Assembly: GCF_006345805.1 (NCBI RefSeq)
Contig: NC_043009.1
Location: forward strand, 17,794,001-17,858,000
Direction of reading: 5' to 3'
DNA from: Octopus sinensis
Lineage: Eukaryota
DNA length: 64,000 bases
Shown here: positions 1-13,789 of the stretch, in pieces
How the letters are laid out: each line of letters starts with the position of its first letter
Numbering within the stretch: position 1 is the first letter of the stretch
Made by a program: the position numbers and the translations under genes
The notes under the pieces: model-generated
Told to the model about the DNA's origin: nothing
Seen by the model: the letters and a program-made list of their open reading frames with translations, nothing else
Database searches by the model: none

Positions 1-136
1 GAACTGGCCCAATGCCAGGCCTTGCACCACTTTAAAAAGCTTCAGGCATAGGCATCACTTGATTTTTAACATTTCTATTATGTATGGCTGTCCATAGTAA
101 AAAAAAAGGCAAAACACTCCATGAAATTGAGTTGCA

Positions 137-178
<42 letters not shown>

Positions 179-208
179 ATGTGTGTATATATATATATAT
201 AATATATA

Positions 209-240
<32 letters not shown>

Positions 241-1309
241 TAAATGATGATGATGATGATATATATGTATGTATATATACAGGTGGCACCTGACAATCTT
301 CCAGATTATGGAAGACACCTGTGTAATAGAAGCAAGAGCTACTTCTGTAAAGGACTAATCCTTGACTTGCAGTCTTGACCTCAAATACTCTCTCTCTCTC
401 TCTGCATATAATGTATGCATAATCCTAATTATAAGACAAATATTACTTTAACATATCTTTAATGATCGGTTACATAATGAAGTACCATTCTAATGTCTAA
501 AACCGCAAACATTACGTAAATTTTCATTGTGACCTTTTGCATAAACTGGTGTTGTAAACAGAGTTGGTACAGAAACAATTGTAGCTGATCATTAAAAATA
601 TGTGAAAATATTTCTTAATTATTTCATTTCATTTCATTTCATAATTATTTCATAATTATTTCCAAATTATTTTCTAATTATTTGGATTATATTTTACTCT
701 TTACTAAACCCACACAACAGTTCTACTCTTGTGAAACCAGAATTTTCTATACCTGAAGAATTTCGGTATTAGTCTGAAATCTAACAATGTTGATAGCCCA
801 AAACTCAGGTTGAGTGCTTCATTGGAAATACCCTACTTTTATACCCTGCCAGGACCTTGTGTGTATGCGTGTGCATACATTGAGAGAAAGAAAGATGTAG
901 ACAGTTATATCTTTTACTCATGCATGCGCATGCATACACACATACACACACACACAGAGTCACAAAAGTACATCATTATAATGACTAGTAAAAAGTTGCT
1001 AATATATATAATTGTATGTTGGTAACAAAATTATTTCATCACACTTAGAAATTTTGTGTGATTGACTTTGCACACCAATGTGCCCGTCAGTGGGTCTGAA
1101 ATAATGAAAAGATAAAATAGTAATTAAAATATTTGCAGTGTTAAACATCTTTGGTCATGTGATCAATGAAGTGGGTTTCTTTTGTCAAGCTTCGGGAGGT
1201 GATTCTATTTTGAAGATAATCAGTAGCAATTGCTTAATTACTTGACAAAAACCACTCATCAAATATATGAAAAACAAAAACCACTAAACCCCATCCCTTA
1301 ATACTGCTC

Positions 1310-1547
1310 CCTCCTCAGCTGAGGGACTTATCTTGCAAGTTATTTGGCGACCTCATTGCAGTTGGTGCCCTGTAGAAAGCACCCAGTATATTCTGTAAGG
1401 TGGTTGGCTGAGAAAGGGCACCCAGGTATAGAAAATATGTCAAAGCAGACAGCAGAGTTTGACACAGCCCTATGGCTGACCAGCTCCTGTCAAACTTGTC
1501 CAGCTTGTGCTAGCATGGAAGGTGGATTTTAAACGATGGTGATGATA
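1310..1547 (+). mobile_element. RTE-type LINE 3' UTR/tail fragment ending in (GAT)n
   Basis: Similar to the 3' end of the RTE remnant at 4680-4845 (gtggttggc...agggcacccag...tgctagcatgga...aaacgatggtgatgat); further copies near 11330-11515(+), 34240-34410(-), 38340-38460(-), 49255-49345(+), 59335-59510(-). Confidence 0.6.
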
Positions 1548-1861
1548 ATAATAATGAATATTTAAAACTTACTGATGAGTCCATAAGCTTTAGTTATGAG
1601 AAAACCTCAGGTGACTCAACATGCAATTATAACAAGGTCAGCATATTTTAAAAATAGATGTGTGTTGAGTACTTCTGTGCTTTTGCATGAAAAAAAGAAA
1701 TGTTTTTGTATGTGTACATGTGTGTGTGTGTATATATAGAGTGGATGCAAGCGCAAATATATGATTTATAAAAACATGTAACATATTAATAAAAATCTGT
1801 AAATATAAAACCATCCAGATTTCTGAGTACCTTATTTCTTCTTATATATATATATATATAT

Positions 1862-2710
1862 ATAATACAAAAGTGGGGCGGGACAAGAATGCAAAACATC
1901 CACACTGTTAGGTGATACAAAAAAGGGACAACAAAACATTTATTTCAGTCGAGTTCCAGATTATCTTTGCAATTTCAGCTGGTTATACTCAAGATTGCTC
2001 CAATCTGGCCAGCCCCAAGGAAAAACTAAGCTAAGAGCATTAGATTCCTCGGAAGAAAGCAGCGAATGTATACAAAAACAAAGACGGAAAAAAATGGAAA
2101 AACACAAATACAAATAACAGGACATTAACGTGTGTCTTTCGACTAAGGATGAATTAAATTAAGCTGGTTTGTGTGGAAGTAAAGCCTTACAGTAAAGACA
2201 TAAGATTTGACAGGCACAAGAAGGAAAATAGATGTTACACGGCCGGCTGGTAGTCGAACAGAGAAAGAAAGGTCAGGCTTGGTCGAACACCGGTCACGTG
2301 GGAAGAGAAGAGAGAGATAGAGGTAGAGGGATAGAAGAATTAAGGAGGGGTGAGAAAAAAATAAAAGGGACAGAATGAAGTGAAAGAGGAGGGAAGGTGA
2401 ACATGAAGAGAAGGCCAGGAAATGTGAGAGAGGGGGAACGAAAGAACAAAGAGTGGAATGAATGAAGTAAGTGTGAAGGGGCCGATAGAAAGACGGAAAG
2501 AATAGAAAGAATAATAGAGTCGTACAAAATTTAGGTATATATATACTTTCATATAAGAGACCAAAGTGTACATATGCCACTATACTTTTTTTATATATAA
2601 AAAATACAAAAATGGGACAAGAACGCAAAACATCCAGACAGTTAGGTGATACAAAAAAGGGACAACAATACAACCAGACAGACGATACAAAGAAAATAAG
2701 GACGGGTCCT
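1862..2710 (-). mobile_element. Non-coding repeat element with a duplicated ~75-bp unit (pseudo-LTR-like)
   Basis: gggacaagaa(t/c)gcaaaacatcca(c/g)ac(t/a)gttaggtgatacaaaaaagggacaacaa occurs at ~1880-1933 and ~2614-2667, each just after a TA run; purine-rich spacer; strand is inferred. Confidence 0.4.
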
Positions 2711-2732
2711 CAAATATTTATATTTATACAGC

Positions 2733-2886
2733 AGGTTTCTTTTAGTTTCCATTGACCAAATCCACTCACAAGGCTTTGGTTGGCCTGAGGCTGGAGTAGA
2801 AGACACTTGGCCAAGGTGCTACACAGTGGGACTGAACCCAGAACCATGTAGCTGAGAAGCAAGCTTCTTACCACACAGTCACACCT
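2733..2886 (-). mobile_element. tRNA-derived SINE (family 1), 5' half
   Basis: Reverse complement of the head of the copy at 31139 (gtgtggtaag...gggttcagtcccactg...ttgg(g)caagtgtcttctact...gtgagtggatttgg). Confidence 0.75.
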
Positions 2887-2892
2887 ATATAC

Positions 2893-3520
2893 TTGAAGCA
2901 GATCCAGCTGCTTTCTTTGAACATTTCCTTACCCAGGAAGAATGTGGGCTTCATCACTTTGAACCACAGCTTAAGAAAGTCTATGCAGTGGAAACACTCC
3001 TCCTCACCTATTCCAAAGAAGGCCAATTTTGTTTCATCAGCAGAGAAGGTGACAGCCTCAGCTTTTTGGGATGCAAACAGTGCTGTATTTATTGACTATC
3101 TTCAAAAGGGCCACACAACCATTGGAAAGTACCATGTCAACTTGCTGAGGCAGTTACAAAAGGCTCTCAAGACCAAATCCTCAGGAAAACTGTTTTTCAT
3201 TAGGACAATCCTCCAGCACACAAGTCCTTGCTTTCAATGGTTGTTGTGCATGACTGTGGCTTTGAAGTAGTGGATCAGCATCCCTATTCTTCTGATTTAT
3301 CCCCATCTGACAATCATCTGTTCTCCATCATGAAAAAATACTTACCTGGTAACCAATATCACAGTGATGATGATGATGATGATGATGATGTGATATCTGC
3401 TGTTGATGACATTTTTGGCCTACAGGATAAAAGCTTCTTCACCAAGGGGAACCAAGCACTGCAACACTGATGGAAGAAGTGTATGGACCACAAGGGGGAC
3501 TGTATTGAAAAAGAAACCTT
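2893..3520 (+). pseudogene. Decayed mariner (D,D34D) transposase, catalytic half
   Basis: MQWKHSSSPIPKK...KVTASAFWDANSAVFIDYLQKGHT and HPYSSDLSPSDNHLF (mariner YSPDLAPSD motif), followed by WKKCMDHKGDCIEK; frameshifts and stops. Confidence 0.85.
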
Positions 3521-3589
3521 TTTTTGGTCATATTCAATGAGAATATTTTGGTCAGCTGGAAAACTTCTCAGACATAAAACCAAAAAGCC

Positions 3590-4848
3590 TCAGTAAGTTA
3601 ATCTTGCAGGAACCAAAAAGCAAAAAACCCCAAAACCAAAGTCATAGTAAGTAGAAAAGCAGACAAATCACAAATCCCTTCAAATCCCTGCTCAATATGT
3701 AAAAAAGCATGGATAGAAACTCTATAAGATGTACCCGGTGTAAGCTATGGACACATAAGAGGTGCAACAATATCAGAGGGAAGTTAACAGAGAAACTAGT
3801 TTTTGTGTGTGGAAGGTGCACAGGTACAATTAACACTAAAAACATACAGCAAATAGGCTCCGTCTAATGCCAGGAGGGAAAGCTAGAAGTAGTTGAAAGC
3901 ATCTTTTATCTAGGTGACCAAGTCAGTAGTGGAGGTGGATGCTCTGAGAGTGTTGCTGCTAGAACAAGAATAAGCTGGACAAAATTTAGAGCTCCTACCT
4001 CTGTTGGTAACAAAGGGCCTCTTCCTCAGAGTGAAAGGCAAATTGTATGATGCCTGTGAGCAAACAGCTATGCTACATGGCAGTGAAACATGGGCTGTGA
4101 CTATCAAGGACATGCATAGGCTTGAAAGAAATGAAGCCAGTATGCTTCGCTGGACGTACAATGTCAGTGTGCATGTTTGACAGAGTGTAAGCATCTTGAG
4201 AGAAAAACTGGGTATAAAAGAAATCAGGTGCAATGTGCAAGAGAGACAACTGCATTGGTATGGTCATGTGATGCTGTGTGAAGAAGTGCCAATCTCTAAT
4301 AGTGGAGGGAAGCTGTGGAAGAGAGAGATCCAGGAAGACATGGGACAAGGTGGTGAAGCCTGATCTTTGAATGTTGGGCTTCACAGAGGCAATGACTAGT
4401 GGCGAAAGCCTTTGGCGATATACCATGCTTGAGAAAACCTGTCAAGCCAAGTGCAATCATAGTTGTTGGTGTCACGTAACTGGCACTTGTGCCAGTGACA
4501 CATAAAAAGCACCTTTTCAGCATTGGGCTTCATGGAGGCCATGACCAATGACCAAGACCTTTGGCAATGGGCTGTGCTTGAGAAGAAGACTCATCAAGCT
4601 GAGTGGAATTGTAGTCGTGGCAGATACTGGTGTCATGCAACTGGCATCCATGCCAGTGGTATGCAAAAGCTATTACACTCTTGGAGTGGTTGGCATTAGG
4701 AGGGGCATCCAACTGTAGAAACCACGCCAAATCAGACTGAAGTCTGGCACTGCTCCTCAGCTTGCCAGCCCTGGTCAAACCATCCAACCCATGCTAGTAT
4801 GGACAATGGACATTAAATGATGATGATGATGATGATGATAATGATGAT
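3590..4848 (+). mobile_element. 5'-truncated RTE-clade LINE (PHD-like finger, RT thumb, 3' UTR, (GAT)n tail)
   Basis: Near copy of 51870-52460 (RNSIRCTRCKLWTHKRC, LGDQVSSGGGCSESVAAR, AMLHGSETWAV), LHWYGHV motif, ends in atgatgatgat. Confidence 0.85.
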
Positions 4849-5523
4849 ATATATATATATATTAATATATACACACGCACACACACAGAATTCCTGTGTA
4901 GTAAAATGTTTGCTTCTCAACTGTATAGTTATAACCCTAGGCCAACCAAAGTCTTATAAGTGGATTTAGTAGAGAGAAACTGAAAGAAGCCTCTCTGTGT
5001 GTGTGTGTGTGTGTAAGTGTGTGCCTTTGTCATGGTTAAACAAACATTACAATCATATTAACAGTTTTCTCCTAATAACTTTCTCAATTTATTTCACATC
5101 TACTAAATCTGTTCGTTGATATTAGGTTTATAGTTTGTTATCATTCAATCTTCCATGGTTAATCTTTTTCTCTTTTTCTTGGGAAATTCTATATAAACAG
5201 GTAGTGCTATGAACCAATGAATTTTCCATTTTTTTCATCTAGTTTTTGCTTTGTATTTTGTATTACAATGCACTGTAATGGTTTCTTATTGTAAATGCAT
5301 GACTACCCTTCTACAAAATGTGGCAACCATGCACCACTATCATCACATGAGGCAAGAAGGTTTTGTAATGTTAATGGATAATGTTAGAAACTTATTGTTC
5401 CATAAAGGTCAAGCAAGGAAAGGATTAAACTTCAACAACTTGTTATCTGTGTAATATGCTTGAAAGGAAGGTTGTTTCCTAGACATGTACACAGGCATAT
5501 ACCTATACATGCACACCTACATT

Positions 5524-5526
<3 letters not shown>

Positions 5527-5558
<32 letters not shown>

Positions 5559-5631
5559 TATATATATAATATATATATATATATATACATATATATATTA
5601 TATTATATATATATATATACAATATATATAT

Positions 5632-5724
<93 letters not shown>

Positions 5725-5751
5725 TATATACATATATATTATATATATATA

Positions 5752-5825
<74 letters not shown>

Positions 5826-5900
5826 ATATATACATATATACATATATACATATGAACACATGTGCTCACACATATATATACATATATACACAGACATGCA
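5527..5900. repeat. (TA)n microsatellite
   Basis: ~370 bp of interrupted TA dinucleotide. Confidence 0.95.
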
Positions 5901-6959
5901 TGCATATGTATAAATTATGTCTCAGTGACTGATTTTGAGATGTTATTGTTTCACAGAAGAAGAATGACTGATTGTTTTCAATTTCTACACGAGTCAACAA
6001 TGGTGTCCATAGCTGATGCATAATAAGTCAAGTGAACAATACTTAATAAGACCAGTACCTCAACAAGTCTTACTAATTTTTTCTGAACCTCATTGACAAA
6101 TCTCATTAATGATGGGATCTTTTAACAACCATTTAGCAATGTTTCTCACATTATTATTCCTCACACATATTCACGTAGGTCTTTCTATTGCAAGACTAAT
6201 AAGCACTCAACTATACCAGTTTGGGGAACAAGCAATCTTGTGATGATGGAGTATCACGTTTAACTGGTCCTCCCCACCTCAAAGTGACTTCAATGCTTTA
6301 GCAACTGAATTCTCTTGACACTAAACATCAAAACTGAAATGATCCACCTCTACTGGAGCTAACTAGTCAAATTAATGAGGAGCAATTAGTTATTAGCACA
6401 CACAATACCATTGGCTTGCTTTTTTTTCTCCCTTTATTTTCTTTTACACTTCTTTTGTCAACGTTAGTATTAAAAAAAACAGAATTGCAAAGTCTATGAC
6501 AGTTGAAATATTGTACACTGATTACCAAGTAAAAAAGTCTTTTTTAAAATTCATAAAACTTTTTATCTACAATAATTTGGATAAACCTTCCTTAAATTTA
6601 CAAAACTGCCCAATATGTTATCATGTAAAAAAGGCTATTTTGAAATTTAATTTACAAACTTGCCATACCCATCTTTATATAGAAAGCTTTGCCTTGAAAT
6701 TTACAAACCTCTTTAACCCATCATTATGAAGCAAGGAAAGTTTTTTTTTTTTATTGCTCACAATGAAAACAAAATTCTTAATACATCTTCTTATCTTGTA
6801 TCTGTTTATAGTTGTGCCACAGCTAGTATGCTAATACACAGTTGACACTGTTAATATTGTGTTAACTGACTTGGGACATTGCAGTAGTGAACAAACAGCA
6901 AGGAGTTGCAGGGAGTGTAGAGTATGTTCTTGTCCTTTTAATAAAAATAATAACAATAC

Positions 6960-7172
6960 TTTCTGCTAAATTCTCAAGGCTTGAAATTTGAGGAGAGAGG
7001 ACTAGTCGATTACATCAATCCCAGAGTATAACTGGTACTTAATTTATTGGCCTCCAAAAGGAGGAAAGGCAAAGTCAACCGTGGTGGAATTTGAACTCAG
7101 AACGTAAAGATGGACAAAATGTCACAAAGCATATTTCCTGGGTGCTAATGATTCTGCCAACTAACTGCCTTA
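6960..7172 (-). mobile_element. SINE family 2
   Basis: Reverse complement of 59516-59746 (ggcag..agctggcagaa...gttctgagttcaaattcc...tttcatcctttc...agtaccag); other copies 7370-7480, 17480-17600, 34975-35185, 49680-49785. Confidence 0.65.
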
Positions 7173-7310
7173 ATAATAATAGTAGTAACAATAATAATCC
7201 TTTCTACTAAATGAAATTTATAGGGAGAGGACTCGTCAATCACATCAACTCCAATGTGCTAACAATTCTGATAGCTCGCTGCCTTAATAATGATAATAAT
7301 AATAATAATG

Positions 7311-7353
<43 letters not shown>

Positions 7354-7599
7354 CAATAATAATGATAATATTTCTTATTTATTTTTGGCACAAGGGAAGT
7401 TTTGAAGGGAAGAAGTCAATTATATCGACCCAGTACTTGACTGATACTAAATTTTATTGAGCCCAAAGGAATGAAAGTTAATAATACTAATAACAACGAT
7501 GGTGATGACGATGATGACGACAACGACAATAATGATGACAACAATGATGAAGGAGAAGAAGAAGAAGAAGATTTTCTTTATTAACCACCAAGGGTTGCT

Positions 7600-8440
7600 A
7601 AAAATATTGAGGATGGTTTAGGACAATACTGTCAGGGATTAAATAGAAGTAAAAGAGGAAAACAACAGAAACAAAACAAAGACAAAATCAAATGAAGAAT
7701 AATTTCCTGAAACAAGGAAGATCCAACCACTTAAGCCCCACAAAACCATAATCCCCCTGACCAATAAGGTAAATACCTACTCTCATGCTGACCTCCAATC
7801 TATAGATGAATGTTCAGAGCTAACTCAATCACTTGGGCCATGCTCACCCCTCTCCTCCAGCTTTCTGCAAATTTGCTGGGGGTCAGCGCTTCCCTCTCCA
7901 CTCCCATTTTCCAATTTGCAGTGAAACCAGAAAAAATTGATGAAGTTTGGGCCAAAGAGGAAGGTGTCTGTCCCACCTCTTGTCCACTACACGACCTCTT
8001 CTGCCAGTGCCAACTGACAAACTTTTTACTGCTTTCATGGATTCCCATGACTCTCTGTCGCCATCCAATTCCATTATTATAAATTTATATTGAGAGCTTG
8101 AGTCATAGTGAATCTTTCATTAGCTGATTAAACAACCATGGACTCCACCCCTATGGATGCATTGTAGTTACTCTCTTGATAGGGCTTGGTGATCTTGGCC
8201 ATTGATCTTCTAGGATTCCTTTACTCAGCATCAATGTAAGAAGCACTGTTCACTCAGTTGAGCTCTTCCACTACCCCTTCACAATCCACCATGCTGCAGT
8301 CCCATGACTTTGCCGTGTCCCTGGCAGGGTGACTGAACGGGTGCTATGCCTTGCCAAAGGGTAGCCTGTAACAAGCAGGGCATGGTTGTCAGTCCATGAA
8401 GTATTTTCAAAATATCAGCAAATCCCCACCTGACAAATGA
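7600..8440 (-). mobile_element. Decayed L1/Tx1-like LINE ORF2 C-terminus and 3' end
   Basis: Frameshifted minus-strand translation LVALAEEVV*WTRG..., VEREALTPSKFAESW, resembling Tx1-type ORF2 C-termini (recognised from memory). Confidence 0.4.
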
Positions 8441-10055
8441 TGTCTGACTTTTTCACTTTTAAAAATAAAAGGACACATTATCACATTGACTAAAGTAAAC
8501 CTAGATATACTATGCCTGAAAAAGAAAACAGGATGGTCACGTTTAGAATATTATTAATTATAAATTTGCTCAACAAGAACAACATCATTATTACTATAGT
8601 CATCTCCCTCTCCACCTTCATTTCTGCTGTATTATGTCTCCACCAAAATAACCAGGAGTTAAAACAGGAGCCTCTTGGTAATTGCTCAATGTGCTAGAAA
8701 TAGCAGCCAAATGTTCCAAAACTCAAGCATTCTACTGTCTTAAGCAAATGCAAAAATTACAATTTATCATGTAGTCCTAGTTAAATAAGATGTGATGGTC
8801 ATGGCTACAATAGCTTCGATTATAGATCTGCTTTTATAACCAACCAATCAGCAATAAATACCCACCACTACTGCCACCACCAACACTACCACCATCATCA
8901 TCGTCGTCATCATCATTATCGTCATCGTCGTTGTCATCACTAACAATTGCTACTAACACATCATCACTGCCACCACAACAGCTACAATAACAATCTCCAA
9001 AATAACAACCAAAACAACCAAAACAAACTTCTAGAAGCCAACAAGGGAGAGCTGCCATGCAGTCTGATCAGTTAGAAATAGTAGTCAAAACATCCTCAAA
9101 TCCTACTATGTCATCTACAAAGACTAAATGGCACATTTTAATACAAAATATACATTATCTGAAAATAAAATGGGATGGTGGTCATGGTTAGAATGCATTA
9201 GCTCCTAGGTTTGTTGTTTAGCTGACCTGGGACTAAGCAAAAGCAACATTAACTCCCATCTCCCCATTATTAAAATAACCACCACTATTGTGACTAACAC
9301 TGCTACCACTCAACAACTATATCCACAACTACCTCTCTGTCACTACTACCCCTATACCATAACAGTAAACTCTACCACCACCACCCCTGCTACCACCACC
9401 ACAGCAACAACAACCACTATTACAACAAAGCAACCACCATTACCACAACAATGTATTGATGTTCAATACTTTTAATGAAATAATTTAAAAAAGAAAACAG
9501 AATTCAATAATTTTACATCACCCCCTTCCATGTTGAATAATTTATGGACACAGACTGATGTCTGTGTGTCATCACTGACATCCTCCACCTCCTTCTTCTT
9601 TACCTCTTCCACCTCCTCCTCCTCGCCACCACCATCATCACACCCGCCATCACTGTCACCAAATATATAGGAGCCACTACTTGAAATAAGACACGACTGA
9701 AAGCAGCAGTGAACATTGTAAAATGGTCAAGTGATTTTTATCTGCTGTTCTGTGTTCAAATCTTGCTATGGATGTGGCCCATGAACAGAATACCAGTAAA
9801 ACAGTAAGTACTGTTTCTATGTTTAGGAAATGAAACTTGGCAAACTTCTCATTTAACTGCACCAAATTCACTTCTCTCAGAAATCTCTGGTTAGAGCAGA
9901 GCCTGGATTTTAGCATAAGCTAAAGAAGTTAAAGTTTAGGGTTGTACAATCCACATAAACCTGAAAAATTTAAGGAAATTTTTTAAAAAGTGTGAAAGAA
10001 GCCTAAAAACCTGCTACCATAGTTTACATGTATGTCTAGTAACAACAGAAACATT

Positions 10056-10394
10056 GAGACCCCCTTCGGTCATAACTGACCGTAGGATTGCACCTAGAAA
10101 GTTACCCTCCCAGGCACAAGTCCGGGCAAGGTTGTTTGTGGAAGACCAGCAGTCGCCCATGCATACCGGCCTCCCCTCTCCATGCCACCAGTGTTATCCA
10201 AGGGAAAAGTAAAGGGGGCCGATACAGCTTGGCACCTGTAATGTCGCAACTCATTTCTACAGCTGAATGAACTGGAGCAACGTGAAATAAAGTGTCTTGC
10301 TCAAGAACACAACGCACAGCCCAGTCCAGGATTCGAACTGACAACCTCATGATCGTAAGCTCGATGCTCTAACCATTGAGCCATGCACCTTCAC
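10056..10394 (-). mobile_element. tRNA-derived SINE (family 3, Nin/Deu-like central domain)
   Basis: Minus strand: A box tggctcaatggttaga, B box gttcgaatcc, then ttgagcaagacactttatttcacgttgctccagttcattcagctgtagaaatgagttgc; partial copy 28932-29047. Confidence 0.75.
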
Positions 10395-11933
10395 AACAAC
10401 AACAGCAACATACCCATGTTTATTTGCATATATTTATTTTTCAAATGAACATAAATAGTCTAAATTTAGTGGATAGCTTTTGTTTAAAATTCGATTTAAA
10501 AGGACAGTAAAGGATTTAAGATAAGTAACAGGAAATGATATTTTACACATGCATATTTTATGTTTTTTCGGCTTACAATGGAGTAGACATTTGAGACTGA
10601 ACATCAGTAAGGAAGAAAACAACAGCTTGAGGTACGACAAGCAAATGTAACAGTAGAGACAGGTATTTTAATCCAGCAACAGATAAGGATCAGTAAACAG
10701 GAGGGGATCAATATAGACGACACCAAGTACAGCCCAGGGTTTCACTTATTGAGACAACAGGGCCTGAAATCTCTGTTGTGGAAACTCTGGAAATGATGCA
10801 AATGTGAGCATTGCAGAGCAATAGTCAACTTGAAACAAATAGAATGTCTTAACTGGATCCTTAAGTATCCTCTTCACAATCTCAAAACTGGAATGATCAT
10901 TCACAAACTCTAAGCAATTATTAAAAAATCTGGATATTTTTACTCCTCTCCATACTAGTATTTTCCTTCAACCACACCTCCACCTTGTTCATCACTCACT
11001 ATATTCACCTCTTTCTCCATCTTTAACCATCTGTTACTCCTCCTTCACCACCTTATGAAAGTGTCTGCTCTCTCATCCCTGCCCATCACCCACTGTCTGT
11101 ATCCTCTCTCAACCACTTGTGCCTTGAGAGTTTGTTGTAGCAACCCATCACTGCCTTCCTTTTATCTCCTGTATTTGTCCTTGTATCATACACCTGGCCT
11201 TTCAGCACCTGGCATAAAGCCACTGGCCTCCATCGGTACCTCTGAAATATTCCCCTCTTAGTAGCGGGAGCTTTCTCTCTTTTTTCCTCTTCTTTTTCTG
11301 TCTTTCAATCATAGTAGTGCAGAGGCATGAAAAACAGCACCCAGTACACTTTGTAAAGTGGTTGGCTTTAGGGAGGGTAACCAGTCATAGAAACCCAACC
11401 TGAAAATCTGAGGCTTGCTGAGGCCTTCCAACCCACCGGTTCCTGTCAAACTATCCATCCCAAGCCAGCATGGTAAATAGATATTAACCAATGATGATGA
11501 GGATGAGGATGATGTTCAAATGGCTTCCCATATGTAACCCTGTTTCAGGACTGCCGCCCTGCATACCTACATGTCATAAGAGCAAGTGAAAGAACTGGCA
11601 AATGGAAGTGCATTAAATGTCAAATAAAAAATCCAACTGATGCCAAAATCGAAAAGCCACACTAAAATGCTGATGATATTGTTCAAAGGGTCTTTTTCAT
11701 TCTAAAAAATTAATGGTATTAAATATGATCGAGAATGATTAGTGTACTTTGCAACAACAGCAGTACTTCGTCTGTAAGCTTTTTGTAATTCAAAGTCATA
11801 AAAACTATGAAGAGCTTAGACCAGTTTTATTGCCGTACTTGACAAGAAAGCAAAACTCAATTTCAGACTCAGACTAACAGAAGAAATAAAAACAGAATAG
11901 TATTGCATACATGTTTTGAGGGTGTTGTTGCAT

Positions 11934-12043
<110 letters not shown>

Positions 12044-12069
12044 CATACATACACACATACATACATACA

Positions 12070-12285
12070 TTATGGCTGCCCCCTCATTATTGAGTATGGC
12101 TATTGCACGAAGCTTAACTGTTACTGGTGCTGTGATCGAATGTGACTTTTTAGCCCAGCCAAAGATCTACAATGTCTTGTACAGAATTGGCAACTAAAAC
12201 CTTTACCAGTAATAGCTGGCCGTAGTTGTAACTGGGCTTCATGTACCTTTGCATGTCGTTTAAGTCCTCCTGCCGAATTACACAC
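12070..12285 (-). mobile_element. RTE-like LINE 3' end encoding C2H2-type fingers
   Basis: CNSAGGLKRHAKVH...FSCQFCTRHCRSLAGLKSHIRSQHQ*; near-identical inverted copy at 31610-31975. Confidence 0.65.
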
Positions 12286-12305
12286 ATACATACTACATAC
12301 ATACA

Positions 12306-12339
<34 letters not shown>

Positions 12340-12349
12340 CATACATACA

Positions 12350-12383
<34 letters not shown>

Positions 12384-12536
12384 CATACACACATACATAC
12401 ATACATATATACATATATACATACATACATACATACATACATACATACACACATACATACATCATACATACATACATACATACATACATACATACATACA
12501 TACATACATACATACATACATACATACATACATACA

Positions 12537-12570
<34 letters not shown>

Positions 12571-12665
12571 CATACACACATACATACATACATATATACA
12601 TATATACATACATACATACATACATACATACATACATACATACATACATACATACATACATACAT

Positions 12666-12696
<31 letters not shown>

Positions 12697-12765
12697 TACA
12701 TACATACATACATACATACATACATACACACACACATACATACATACATACATACATACATACAT
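12283..12765. repeat. (TACA)n microsatellite
   Basis: ~480 bp of tetranucleotide repeat. Confidence 0.95.
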
Positions 12766-13129
12766 GTACGTACCAGTTGAGCATTGGGATTGATGCAACT
12801 GACTTATCCCAACCCCCAAAATTGTTACTCTTGTGCCAAAATTTGAAAGCATTAATTTGAGATCCTTAATAAAGGAAACCCAGATCATCCTTCCATATTG
12901 TTTCGGGAAGAAAGCAAATCAAATTAATTCTAGCAAGCAGGTGCCATTATTTTGTGGTCCTAAAGTTTTATTGTCTCCCCTAAAAGCTAGGCCACATTCT
13001 GGTAATATATATATGTGTATTTATAAACATACATACAAATTGCAGATGTGCATACAAATATGCAAACATACATACATACATACATACATACACACAAACA
13101 CATGTACATGTCATTATTCAATATTATTT

Positions 13130-13375
13130 CAAGATTTCTTGCCAATAGAGAAAGAGCCAGTTTCTAACCTAGATCCTAGGCTCTTTCATTGGAATTTCAG
13201 CATCAACAGGGTATTTTTGTATGTATATGTGCAGATTTGTATGCTTTATTTTATGAATATATCCTCATGCATATAGTTGCATATCTAAACATGCTCATAT
13301 ATACTTAAATGATAAACTTCTAAAAAGCTTTACAAATTTTTAGTTCCAGTGATGTTTTGGATCTGTAGTTTTTTA
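13130..13375 (+). repeat. Dispersed repeat with a second copy inverted at ~20600-20842
   Basis: ttgccaat..agaaagagccagtttctaacctagatcc...ttccagtgatg..ttggatctgtagt matches the reverse complement of 20600-20842. Confidence 0.75.
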
Positions 13376-13377
13376 AT

Positions 13378-13715
13378 CTTGGGCAAGTCTCTTCACTGTA
13401 GGTTTGGGCCAACCAAAGCCCTGTAAATGAATTTAGTAGGTAGAAACTGAATGAAATCCATTGTATATATGTATATATATATATCTATATGTGTCTTTGT
13501 GTCTGTGTTTGTCCCCCTCCACCAGCACTTGACAACCAGATATGGTGTGTTTATGTCCCTATAACTTAGCAGTTTGACAAAAGGGACCGAAAGAATAAGT
13601 ACCAGACTTTTAAAAAAATTATCGAGGTCAATACCTTGGACTAAAAAAATTCTTCAAGGTGCTACCCCAGCATGACCACAGTCTAATGACTGAAACAAGT
13701 TAAAGATAAAATATA
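13378..13715 (+). mobile_element. SINE family 1, 5'-truncated
   Basis: cttgggcaagt...tgtttgtcccc...cttgacaacc...aatgactgaaacaagt. Confidence 0.7.
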
Positions 13716-13789
13716 GAAGATACACAAGGAGGGTTTGTATGTTCTCTGCAGTTGACATTACTGCACTCCCTAAATCCTGCCAATGAAAT

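Noticed and set aside
745-800. CTGAAGA followed by a stem and GAAA
   Set aside because: The GAAA is sequestered in the stem and no consistent stem I/III register exists.
1568-1616. CTGATGA...GAAAACCTCAGGT hammerhead-like string
   Set aside because: No stem I, and the core register is off by one.
3365-3390. Poly-Asp run in the mariner ORF
   Set aside because: (GAT)n slippage in a dead transposase copy.
10690-10930. Possible GIY-YIG C-terminal remnant
   Set aside because: Too degraded to support by eye.
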